Of a stretch of 64,000 nucleotides of DNA, positions 11,401-22,969 are shown piece after piece. How positions within the stretch are numbered: the stretch's first letter is position 1; every line of letters starts with the position of its first letter. Under the pieces are notes generated by a model. The model ran no database searches and was not told the origin of the DNA. It saw only the letters and a list, made by a program, of their open reading frames with translations. Made by a program: the position numbers and the translations under genes. The stretch is from Eledone cirrhosa (lineage: Eukaryota), in NCBI GenBank assembly GCA_964016885.1, contig OZ024744.1, positions 129,208,001-129,272,000 of the forward strand, in the 5' to 3' direction.

Positions 11401-13650
11401 TCAGTTAAGTTGCGGTTAAGTTAAGTTGGGGTTAAGTTAAGTTAGGCTTAACTTAAGTTGGGGTTAAGTTAAGTTGGGGGTGAGTTAAGTTGGGGGTAAG
11501 TTAAGTTGGGGTTAAGTTAAGTTGGGGTTAAGTTGGGGTTAAGTTAATTTAGGGTTAAGTTAAGTTGGGGTTGAGTTAAGTTGGGGTTAAGTTAAGTGGT
11601 GGTTATGTTAAGTTGGGGTTAAGTTAAGTTGGGGTTAATTTAAATTGGGGTTAATTTAACTTTGTGGTTAAGTTAAGCTGGGGTTAAGTTAAGTTGGGGT
11701 TAAAATAAGTTGGGGTTAAGTTAAGTTGGGGTTGAGTTAAGTTGGGGTTGAGTTAATTCGGGGTTAAGTTAAGTTGGGGTTAACTTAAGTTGGGTTTAAT
11801 TTAAGTTGGGGTTAAGTTAAGTTGGGGTTATAATTAAGTTGGGGTTAAGTTAAGTTGGGGGTAAGATAAGTTGGGGTTAGTTAAGTTGCGGTTAAGTTAA
11901 GTTGGGGTTAAGTTAAGTTGGGGTTAAGTTAAGTTGGGGTTAAGTTAAGTTGGGGTTAATTTAAGTTGGGGTTAATTTAAGTTGGGGTAAAGTTAAGTTG
12001 GGGGTAAGTTAAGTTGGGGTTAAGTTAAGTTGGGGTTAAGTTGGGGTTAAGTTAAGTTAGGGTTAACTTAAGTTGGGGTTGTGTTAAGTGGTGGTTATGT
12101 TAAGTGGTGATTATGTTAAGTTGGGGTTAAGTTAAGTTGGGGTTAAGTTAAATTGGGGTTAAGTTAAGTTACGGTTAAGTTAAGTTGGGGTTAAGTTAAG
12201 TTGGGGTTAAGTTAATTAGGGTTAAGTTAAGTTGGGGTTAAGTTAAGTTGGGGTTAAGTTAAGTTGGGGTTAAGTTAATTTGTGGTTAAGTTAAGTTGGG
12301 GTTAAGTTAAGTTGGGGTTAAGTTAAGTTGGGGATAAGTTAAGTTGAGGATAAGTTAAGTTGGGGTTAATTAAGTTGGCTTTAAGTTAAGTTGGGGTTAA
12401 GTTAAGTTGGGGTTAAGTTAAGTTGGGGTTAAGTTAAGTTGGTTAGTTAAGTTGAGTTTAAGTTAAGTTGGGGTTAATTTAAGTTGGGGTTAAGTTAAGT
12501 TGGGGTTAAGTTAAGTTGGGGTTAAGTTAAGTTGGGGTTCAGTTAAGTTGGGGTTAAGTTAAGTTGGGGTTAAGTTAGGGTAAAATTAAGTTGGGGTTAA
12601 GTTAAGTTGCGGTTAAGTTAAGTTGAGGTTAAGTTAAGTTGGGGTTAAGTTAAGTTGGGGTTAAGTTAAGTTGGGGCTAAGTTAAGTTGGAGCTAAGTTA
12701 AGTTGGGGCTAAGTTAAGTTGGGGTTAAGTTAAGTTGGGGTTAAGTTAAGGTGGGGTTAAGTTAAGTTGGGGTCAACTTAAGTTGGGGTTAATTTAAGTT
12801 GGGGTTAACTTAAGTTGGGGTTAAGTTAAGTTGTGGTCAAGTTAAGTTGGGGTTAAGTTAAGTTGGGGTTACGTTAAGTTGGGGTTAAGTTAAGTTGGGG
12901 TTCAATTAAGATGCGGATAATTTAAGTTGGGGTTAAGTTAAGTTGGGGTTAAGTTAAGTTAGGGTTAAGTTAATTTGGGGTTAAATTAAGTTGGGGTTAA
13001 ATTAAGTTGGGGTTAAGTTAAGTTGGGGTTATGTTAAGTTGGTGTTAAGTTAAGTTGCGGTTAAGTTAAGTTGGGGTTAAGTTAGGTTGGTGTTAATTTA
13101 AGTTGGGGGTAAGTTAAGTTGGGGGTAAGTTAAGTTGGTGTTAAGTTAAGTTGGGGTTAAGTTAAGTTGGGGTTAAGTTAAGTTGGGTTTAAGTTAAGTT
13201 GGGGCTAAGTTAAGTTAGGGCTAAGTTAAGTTGGGGTTAAGTAAAGTTAGGGCTAAGTTAAGTTGGGGTTAAGTTAAGTTGGGGTTAATTTAAGTTGGGG
13301 TTACATTAAGTTGATGTTAAGTTAAGTTGGGGTTAAGTTAAGTTGGGGTTAAGTTAAGTTGGGGTTAAATTAAGTTGGGGTTAAATTAAGTTGGGGTTAA
13401 GTTAAGTTGGGGTTAAGTTAGGTTGGTGTTAAGTTAAGTTGGGGTTAAGTTAATTTGTGGTTAAGTTAAGTTGGGGTTAAGTTAAGTTGGGGTTAAGTTC
13501 AGTCGGGGTTAAGTTAAGTCGGGGTTAAGTTAAGTTGGGGTTAAGTTAAGTTGCGGTTAAGTTAAGTTGGGGTTAAGTTAAGTTGGGGTTAAGTTAATTA
13601 GGGTTAAGTTAAGTTTGGGTTAAGTTAAGTTGGGGTTAAGTTAAGTTGGG
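1300..13650 (+). repeat. About 6.0-6.3-kb tandem HOR duplication (about 1300-7300 and about 7310-13650)
   Basis: Paired landmarks and offsets: ggtgggg 1331/7344 (6013), gttataat 1770/7783 (6013), taagttgatg 2631/8628 (5997), cggtaag 4491/10632 (6141), ttacttaag 5117/11258 (6141), aagatgcgga 6591/12908 (6317). Confidence 0.85.
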
Positions 13651-16600
13651 GTTAAGTTAAGTTGGGTTTAAGTTAAGTTGGGGCTAAGTTAAGTTAGGGC
13701 TAAGTTAAGTTGGGGTTAAGTTAAGTTGGGGTTAATTTAAGTTGGGGTTACATTAAGTTGAGGTTAAGTTAAGTTGTGGTTAAGTTAAGTTAGGGTTAAT
13801 TTAAGTTAGGGTTATGTTAAGTTGGGGTTAAGTTAAGTTGGGGTTAAGTTAGGTTGGTGTTAAGTTAAGTTGGGGTTAAGTTAATTTGTGGTTAAGTTAA
13901 GTTGGGGTTAAGTTAAGTTGGGGTTAAGTTCAGTCGGGGTTAAGTTAAGTCGGGGTTAAGTTAAGTTGGGGTTAAGTTAAGTTGGGGTTAAGTTAAGTTG
14001 GGGTTGAGTTAAGTTGGGGTTAAGTTAAGGTGGGGTTAAAATAAGTTGGGGTTAAGTTAAGTTGGGGTTGAGTTAAGTTGGGGTTGAGTTAATTTGGGGT
14101 TAAGTTAAGTTGGGGTTAACTTAAGTTGGGTTTAATTTAAGTTGGGGTTAATTTAAGTTGGGGTTAAATTAAGTTGGGGTTAAGTTAAGTTGGGGGTAAG
14201 ATAAGTTGGGGTTAGTTAAGTTGCGGTTAAGTTAAGTTGGGGTTAAGTTAAGTTGGGGTTAAGTTAAGTTGGGGTTAAGTTAAGTTGGGGTTAATTTAAG
14301 TTGGGGTTAAGTTAAGTTGGGGTTAATTTAAGTTGGGGTTAATTTAAGTTGGGGTTAAGTTAAGTTGGGGTTAAGTTAAGTTGGGGTAAAGTTAAGTTGG
14401 GGTTAAGTTAAGTTGGGGTTAAGTTAAGTTGGGGTTAAGTCGGGGTTAAGTTAAGTTAGGGTTAACTTAAGTTGGGGTTGTGTTAAGTGGTGGTTATGTT
14501 AAGTGGTGGTTATGTTAAGTTGGGGTTAAGTTAAGTTGGGGTTAAGTTAAATTGGGGTTAAGTTAAGTTGCGGTTAAGTTAAGTTGGGGTTAAGTTAAGT
14601 TGGGGTTAAGTTAATTAGGGTTAAGTTAAGTTGGGGTTAAGTTAAGTTGGGGTTAAGTTAAGTTGGGGTTAAGTTAAGTTGGGGTTAAGTTAAGTCGGGG
14701 TTAAGTTAAGTTAGGGTTAAGTTAAGTTGGGGTTAATTTAAGTTGGGGTTAAGTTAAGTTGGGGTTAAGTTAAGTTGGGGTTAAGTTAAGTTGAGGTTAA
14801 AGTTAAGTAGGGGTTAAATTATGTTGGGGTTAAGTTAAGTTGGGGTTAAGTTAAGTTGGGGTTAATTAAGTTGGGTTTAAGTTAAGTTGGGGTTAAGTAA
14901 AGTTAGGGCTAAGTTAAGTTGGGGTTAAGTTAAGTTGGGGTTAATTTAAGTTGGGGTTACATTAAGTTGATGTTAAGTTAAGTTGGGGTTAAGTTAAGTT
15001 GGGGTTAAGTTAAGTTGGGGTTAAATTAAGTTGGGGTTAAATTAAGTTGGGGTTAAGTTAAGTTGGGGTTAAGTTAAGTTGGGGTTAAGTTAAGTTGGTT
15101 AGTTAAGTTGAGTTTAAGTTAAGTTGGGCTTAATTTAAGTTGGGGTTAAGTTAAGTTGGGGTTAAGTTAAGTTGGGGGTAAGTTAAGTTGGTGTTAAGTT
15201 AAGTTGGGGTTAAGTTAAGTTGGGGTTAAGTTAAGTTGGGTTTAAGTTAAGTTGGGGCTAAGTTAAGTTAGGGCTAAGTTAAGTTGGGGTTAAGTAAAGT
15301 TAGGGCTAAGTTAAGTTGGGGTTAAGTTAAGTTGGGGTTAATTTAAGTTGGGGTTACATTAAGTTGATGTTAAGTTAAGTTGGGGTTAAGTTAAGTTGGG
15401 GTTAAGTTAAGTTGGGGTTAAATTAAGTTGGGGTTAAATTAAGTTGGGGTTAAGTTAAGTTGGGGTTAAGTTAGGTTGGTGTTAAGTTAAGTTGGGGTTA
15501 AGTTAATTTGTGGTTAAGTTAAGTTGGGGTTAAGTTAAGTTGGGGTTAAGTTCAGTCGGGGTTAAGTTAAGTCGGGGTTAAGTTAAGTTGGGGTTAAGTT
15601 AAGTTGCGGTTAAGTTAAGTTGGGGTTAAGTTAAGTTGGGGTTAAGTTAATTAGGGTTAAGTTAAGTTTGGGTTAAGTTAAGTTGGGGTTAAGTTAAGTT
15701 GGGGTTAAGTTAAGTTGGGTTTAAGTTAAGTTGGGGCTAAGTTAAGTTAGGGCTAAGTTAAGTTGGGGTTAAGTTAAGTTGGGGTTAATTTAAGTTGGGG
15801 TTACATTAAGTTGAGGTTAAGTTAAGTTGTGGTTAAGTTAAGTTAGGGTTAATTTAAGTTAGGGTTATGTTAAGTTGGGGTTAAGTTAAGTTGGGGTTAA
15901 GTTAGGTTGGTGTTAAGTTAAGTTGGGGTTAAGTTAATTTGTGGTTAAGTTAAGTTGGGGTTAAGTTAAGTTGGGGTTAAGTTCAGTCGGGGTTAAGTTA
16001 AGTCGGGGTTAAGTTAAGTTGGGGTTAAGTTAAGTTGGGGTTAAGTTAAGTTGGGGTTGAGTTAAGTTGGGGTTAAGTTAAGGTGGGGTTAAAATAAGTT
16101 GGGGTTAAGTTAAGTTGGGGTTGAGTTAAGTTGGGGTTGAGTTAATTTGGGGTTAAGTTAAGTTGGGGTTAACTTAAGTTGGGTTTAATTTAAGTTGGGG
16201 TTAATTTAAGTTGGGGTTAAATTAAGTTGGGGTTAAGTTAAGTTGGGGGTAAGATAAGTTGGGGTTAGTTAAGTTGCGGTTAAGTTAAGTTGGGGTTAAG
16301 TTAAGTTGGGGTTAAGTTAAGTTGGGGTTAAGTTAAGTTGGGGTTAATTTAAGTTGGGGTTAAGTTAAGTTGGGGTTAATTTAAGTTGGGGTTAATTTAA
16401 GTTGGGGTTAAGTTAAGTTGGGGTTAAGTTAAGTTGGGGTAAAGTTAAGTTGGGGTTAAGTTAAGTTGGGGTTAAGTTAAGTTGGGGTTAAGTCGGGGTT
16501 AAGTTAAGTTAGGGTTAACTTAAGTTGGGGTTGTGTTAAGTGGTGGTTATGTTAAGTGGTGGTTATGTTAAGTTGGGGTTAAGTTAAGTTGGGGTTAAGT

Positions 16601-19600
16601 TAAATTGGGGTTAAGTTAAGTTGCGGTTAAGTTAAGTTGGGGTTAAGTTAAGTTGGGGTTAAGTTAATTAGGGTTAAGTTAAGTTGGGGTTAAGTTAAGT
16701 TGGGGTTAAGTTAAGTTGGGGTTAAGTTAAGTTGGGGTTAAGTTAAGTCGGGGTTAAGTTAAGTTAGGGTTAAGTTAAGTTGGGGTTAATTTAAGTTGGG
16801 GTTAAGTTAAGTTGGGGTTAAGTTAAGTTGGGGTTAAGTTAAGTTGAGGTTAAAGTTAAGTAGGGGTTAAATTATGTTGGGGTTAAGTTAAGTTGGGGTT
16901 AAGTTAAGTTGGGGTTAATTAAGTTGGGTTTAAGTTAAGTTGGGGTTAAGTTAAGTTGGGGTTAAGTTAAGTTGGGGTTAAGTTAAGTTGGTTAGTTAAG
17001 TTGAGTTTAAGTTAAGTTGGGCTTAATTTAAGTTGGGGTTAAGTTAAGTTGGGGTTAAGTTAAGTTGGGGTTAAGTTAAGTTGGGGTTAAGTTAAGTTGG
17101 GGTTCAGTCAAGTTGGGGTTAAGTTAAGTTGGGGTTAAGTTGGGGTAAAATTAAGTTGGGGTTAAGTTAAGTTGAGGATAAGTTAAGTTGGGGTTAATTA
17201 AGTTGGCTTTAAGTTAAGTTGGGGTTAAGTTAAGTTGGGGTTAAGTTAAGTTGGGGTTAAGTTAAGTTGGTTAGTTAAGTTGAGTTTAAGTTAAGTTGGG
17301 GTTAATTTAAGTTGGGGTTAAGTTAAGTTGGGGTTAAGTTAAGTTGGGGTTAAGTTAAGTTGGGGTTCAGTTAAGTTGGGGTTAAGTTAAGTTGGGGTTA
17401 AGTTAGGGTAAAATTAAGTTGGGGTTAAGTTAAGTTGCGGTTAAGTTAAGTTGAGGTTAAGTTAAGTTGGGGTTAAGTTAAGTTGGGGTTAAGTTAAGTT
17501 GGGGCTAAGTTAAGTTGGAGCTAAGTTAAGTTGGGGCTAAGTTAAGTTGGGGTTAAGTTAAGTTGGGGTTAAGTTAAGGTGGGGTTAAGTTAAGTTGGGG
17601 TCAACTTAAGTTGGGGTTAATTTAAGTTGGGGTTAACTTAAGTTGGGGTTAAGTTAAGTTGTGGTCAAGTTAAGTTGGGGTTAAGTTAAGTTGGGGTTAC
17701 GTTAAGTTGGGGTTAAGTTAAGTTGGGGTTCAATTAAGATGCGGATAATTTAAGTTGGGGTTAAGTTAAGTTGGGGTTAAGTTAAGTTAGGGTTAAGTTA
17801 ATTTGGGGTTAAATTAAGTTGGGGTTAAATTAAGTTGGGGTTAAGTTAAGTTGGGGTTATGTTAAGTTGGTGTTAAGTTAAGTTGCGGTTAAGTTAAGTT
17901 GGGGTTAAGTTAGGTTGGTGTTAATTTAAGTTGGGGGTAAGTTAAGTTGGGGGTAAGTTAAGTTGGTGTTAAGTTAAGTTGGGGTTAAGTTAAGTTGGGG
18001 TTAAGTTAAGTTGGGTTTAAGTTAAGTTGGGGCTAAGTTAAGTTAGGGCTAAGTTAAGTTGGGGTTAAGTAAAGTTAGGGCTAAGTTAAGTTGGGGTTAA
18101 GTTAAGTTGGGGTTAATTTAAGTTGGGGTTACATTAAGTTGATGTTAAGTTAAGTTGGGGTTAAGTTAAGTTGGGGTTAAGTTAAGTTGGGGTTAAATTA
18201 AGTTGGGGTTAAATTAAGTTGGGGTTAAGTTAAGTTGGGGTTAAGTTAGGTTGGTGTTAAGTTAAGTTGGGGTTAAGTTAATTTGTGGTTAAGTTAAGTT
18301 GGGGTTAAGTTAAGTTGGGGTTAAGTTCAGTCGGGGTTAAGTTAAGTCGGGGTTAAGTTAAGTTGGGGTTAAGTTAAGTTGGGGTTAAGTTAAGTTGGGG
18401 TTGAGTTAAGTTGGGGTTAAGTTAAGGTGGGGTTAAAATAAGTTGGGGTTAAGTTAAGTTGGGGTTGAGTTAAGTTGGGGTTGAGTTAATTTGGGGTTAA
18501 GTTAAGTTGGGGTTAACTTAAGTTGGGTTTAATTTAAGTTGGGGTTAATTTAAGTTGGGGTTAAATTAAGTTGGGGTTAAGTTAAGTTGGGGGTAAGATA
18601 AGTTGGGGTTAGTTAAGTTGCGGTTAAGTTAAGTTGGGGTTAAGTTAAGTTGGGGTTAAGTTAAGTTGGGGTTAAGTTAAGTTGGGGTTAATTTAAGTTG
18701 GGGTTAAGTTAAGTTGGGGTTAATTTAAGTTGGGGTTAATTTAAGTTGGGGTTAAGTTAAGTTGGGGTTAAGTTAAGTTGGGGTAAAGTTAAGTTGGGGT
18801 TAAGTTAAGTTGGGGTTAAGTTAAGTTGGGGTTAAGTCGGGGTTAAGTTAAGTTAGGGTTAACTTAAGTTGGGGTTGTGTTAAGTGGTGGTTATGTTAAG
18901 TGGTGGTTATGTTAAGTTGGGGTTAAGTTAAGTTGGGGTTAAGTTAAATTGGGGTTAAGTTAAGTTGCGGTTAAGTTAAGTTGGGGTTAAGTTAAGTTGG
19001 GGTTAAGTTAATTAGGGTTAAGTTAAGTTGGGGTTAAGTTAAGTTGGGGTTAAGTTAAGTTGGGGTTAAGTTAAGTTGGGGTTAAGTTAAGTCGGGGTTA
19101 AGTTAAGTTAGGGTTAAGTTAAGTTGGGGTTAATTTAAGTTGGGGTTAAGTTAAGTTGGGGTTAAGTTAAGTTGGGGTTAAGTTAAGTTGAGGTTAAAGT
19201 TAAGTAGGGGTTAAATTATGTTGGGGTTAAGTTAAGTTGGGGTTAAGTTAAGTTGGGGTTAATTAAGTTGGGTTTAAGTTAAGTTGGGGTTAAGTTAAGT
19301 TGGGGTTAAGTTAAGTTGGGGTTAAGTTAAGTTGGTTAGTTAAGTTGAGTTTAAGTTAAGTTGGGCTTAATTTAAGTTGGGGTTAAGTTAAGTTGGGGTT
19401 AAGTTAAGTTGGGGTTAAGTTAAGTTGGGGTTAAGTTAAGTTGGGGTTCAGTCAAGTTGGGGTTAAGTTAAGTTGGGGTTAAGTTGGGGTAAAATTAAGT
19501 TGGGGTTAAGTTAAGTTGAGGATAAGTTAAGTTGGGGTTAATTAAGTTGGCTTTAAGTTAAGTTGGGGTTAAGTTAAGTTGGGGTTAAGTTAAGTTGGGG

Positions 19601-22280
19601 TTAAGTTAAGTTGGTTAGTTAAGTTGAGTTTAAGTTAAGTTGGGGTTAATTTAAGTTGGGGTTAAGTTAAGTTGGGGTTAAGTTAAGTTGGGGTTAAGTT
19701 AAGTTGGGGTTCAGTTAAGTTGGGGTTAAGTTAAGTTGGGGTTAAGTTAGGGTAAAATTAAGTTGGGGTTAAGTTAAGTTGCGGTTAAGTTAAGTTGAGG
19801 TTAAGTTAAGTTGGGGTTAAGTTAAGTTGGGGTTAAGTTAAGTTGGGGCTAAGTTAAGTTGGAGCTAAGTTAAGTTGGGGCTAAGTTAAGTTGGGGTTAA
19901 GTTAAGTTGGGGTTAAGTTAAGGTGGGGTTAAGTTAAGTTGGGGTCAACTTAAGTTGGGGTTAATTTAAGTTGGGGTTAACTTAAGTTGGGGTTAAGTTA
20001 AGTTGTGGTCAAGTTAAGTTGGGGTTAAGTTAAGTTGGGGTTACGTTAAGTTGGGGTTAAGTTAAGTTGGGGTTCAATTAAGATGCGGATAATTTAAGTT
20101 GGGGTTAAGTTAAGTTGGGGTTAAGTTAAGTTAGGGTTAAGTTAATTTGGGGTTAAATTAAGTTGGGGTTAAATTAAGTTGGGGTTAAGTTAAGTTGGGG
20201 TTATGTTAAGTTGGTGTTAAGTTAAGTTGCGGTTAAGTTAAGTTGGGGTTAAGTTAGGTTGGTGTTAATTTAAGTTGGGGGTAAGTTAAGTTGGGGGTAA
20301 GTTAAGTTGGTGTTAAGTTAAGTTGGGGTTAAGTTAAGTTGGGGTTAAGTTAAGTTGGGTTTAAGTTAAGTTGGGGCTAAGTTAAGTTAGGGCTAAGTTA
20401 AGTTGGGGTTAAGTAAAGTTAGGGCTAAGTTAAGTTGGGGTTAAGTTAAGTTGGGGTTAATTTAAGTTGGGGTTACATTAAGTTGATGTTAAGTTAAGTT
20501 GGGGTTAAGTTAAGTTGGGGTTAAGTTAAGTTGGGGTTAAATTAAGTTGGGGTTAAATTAAGTTGGGGTTAAGTTAAGTTGGGGTTAAGTTAGGTTGGTG
20601 TTAAGTTAAGTTGGGGTTAAGTTAATTTGTGGTTAAGTTAAGTTGGGGTTAAGTTAAGTTGGGGTTAAGTTCAGTCGGGGTTAAGTTAAGTCGGGGTTAA
20701 GTTAAGTTGGGGTTAAGTTAAGTTGCGGTTAAGTTAAGTTGGGGTTAAGTTAAGTTGGGGTTAAGTTAATTAGGGTTAAGTTAAGTTTGGGTTAAGTTAA
20801 GTTGGGGTTAAGTTAAGTTGGGGTTAAGTTAAGTTGGGTTTAAGTTAAGTTGGGGCTAAGTTAAGTTAGGGCTAAGTTAAGTTGGGGTTAAGTTAAGTTG
20901 GGGTTAATTTAAGTTGGGGTTACATTAAGTTGAGGTTAAGTTAAGTTGTGGTTAAGTTAAGTTAGGGTTAATTTAAGTTAGGGTTATGTTAAGTTGGGGT
21001 TAAGTTAAGTTGGGGTTAAGTTAGGTTGGTGTTAAGTTAAGTTGGGGTTAAGTTAATTTGTGGTTAAGTTAAGTTGGGGTTAAGTTAAGTTGGGGTTAAG
21101 TTCAGTCGGGGTTAAGTTAAGTCGGGGTTAAGTTAAGTTGGGGTTAAGTTAAGTTGGGGTTAAGTTAAGTTGGGGTTGAGTTAAGTTGGGGTTAAGTTAA
21201 GGTGGGGTTAAAATAAGTTGGGGTTAAGTTAAGTTGGGGTTGAGTTAAGTTGGGGTTGAGTTAATTTGGGGTTAAGTTAAGTTGGGGTTAACTTAAGTTG
21301 GGTTTAATTTAAGTTGGGGTTAATTTAAGTTGGGGTTAAATTAAGTTGGGGTTAAGTTAAGTTGGGGGTAAGATAAGTTGGGGTTAGTTAAGTTGCGGTT
21401 AAGTTAAGTTGGGGTTAAGTTAAGTTGGGGTTAAGTTAAGTTGGGGTTAAGTTAAGTTGGGGTTAATTTAAGTTGGGGTTAAGTTAAGTTGGGGTTAATT
21501 TAAGTTGGGGTTAATTTAAGTTGGGGTTAAGTTAAGTTGGGGTTAAGTTAAGTTGGGGTAAAGTTAAGTTGGGGTTAAGTTAAGTTGGGGTTAAGTTAAG
21601 TTGGGGTTAAGTCGGGGTTAAGTTAAGTTAGGGTTAACTTAAGTTGGGGTTGTGTTAAGTGGTGGTTATGTTAAGTGGTGGTTATGTTAAGTTGGGGTTA
21701 AGTTAAGTTGGGGTTAAGTTAAATTGGGGTTAAGTTAAGTTGCGGTTAAGTTAAGTTGGGGTTAAGTTAAGTTGGGGTTAAGTTAATTAGGGTTAAGTTA
21801 AGTTGGGGTTAAGTTAAGTTGGGGTTAAGTTAAGTTGGGGTTAAGTTAAGTTGGGGTTAAGTTAAGTCGGGGTTAAGTTAAGTTAGGGTTAAGTTAAGTT
21901 GGGGTTAATTTAAGTTGGGGTTAAGTTAAGTTGGGGTTAAGTTAAGTTGGGGTTAAGTTAAGTTGAGGTTAAAGTTAAGTAGGGGTTAAATTATGTTGGG
22001 GTTAAGTTAAGTTGGGGTTAAGTTAAGTTGGGGTTAATTAAGTTGGGTTTAAGTTAAGTTGGGGTTAAGTTAAGTTGGGGTTAAGTTAAGTTGGGGTTAA
22101 GTTAAGTTGGTTAGTTAAGTTGAGTTTAAGTTAAGTTGGGCTTAATTTAAGTTGGGGTTAAGTTAAGTTGGGGTTAAGTTAAGTTGGGGTTAAGTTAAGT
22201 TGGGGTTAAGTTAAGTTGGGGTTCAGTCAAGTTGGGGTTAAGTTAAGTTGGGGTTAAGTTGGGGTAAAATTAAGTTGGGG
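13100..22280 (+). repeat. Four related HOR copies with periods 2053, 2344 and 2775 bp
   Basis: The rare 11-bp monomer ttaagtCgggg has its C at 14441, 16494, 18838 and 21613. Landmark aagatgcgga at 17736/20080 confirms the 2344 offset. Confidence 0.8.
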
Positions 22281-22969
22281 TTAAGTTAAGTTGGGGTTAA
22301 GTTAAGTTGGGGTTAAGTTAAGTTGGGGTTAAGTTAAGTTGCGGTTAAGTTAAGTTGAGGTTAAGTTAAGTTGGGGTTAAGTTAAGTTGGGGTTAATTTA
22401 AGTTGGGGCTAAGTTAAGTTGGGGCTAAGTTAAGTTGGGGCTAAGTTAAGTTGAGGTTAAGTTAACTTTGGGTTAAGTTAAGTTGGGTTTGAGTTAAGTT
22501 GGGGTTAATTAAGTTGGGGTTAAGTTAAGTTGGGGTTAAGTTAAGTTGGGGTTAATTTAAGTTGGGGTTAAGTTAAGTTGCGGTTAAGTTAAGTTGATGT
22601 TAAGTTAAGTTGGGGTTAAGTTAAGTTGGGGTTAAGTTAAGTTGGGGCTAAGTTAAGTTGGGGCTAAGTTAAGTTGGGGCTAAGTTAAGTTGGGTTTAAT
22701 GTAAGGTGGGGTTAAGTTAAGTTGGGGTCAACTTAAGTTGGGGTTAAGTTAAGTTGGGGTTAAGTTAAGTTGGGGTTAAGTTAAGTTGGGGTTAAGTTAA
22801 GTTGGGGTTACGTTAAGTTGGGGGTAAGTTAAGTTGGTGGTAAGTTAAGTTGGGGGTAAGTTAAGATGGGGTTAAGTTAAGTTGGGGTTATTTAATTTGG
22901 GGTTAAGTTAAGTTATGGTTAAGTTAAGTTGGGGTTATGTTAAGTTGGGGTTAAGTTAAGTTGGGGTTA

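Noticed and set aside
22455-22475. Perfect palindrome AAGTTAACTT and scattered GTTAAC/CTTAAG sites as hairpins, terminators or operators
   Set aside because: They arise from single G>C changes in the monomer, are too short for stable hairpins and have no gene context.
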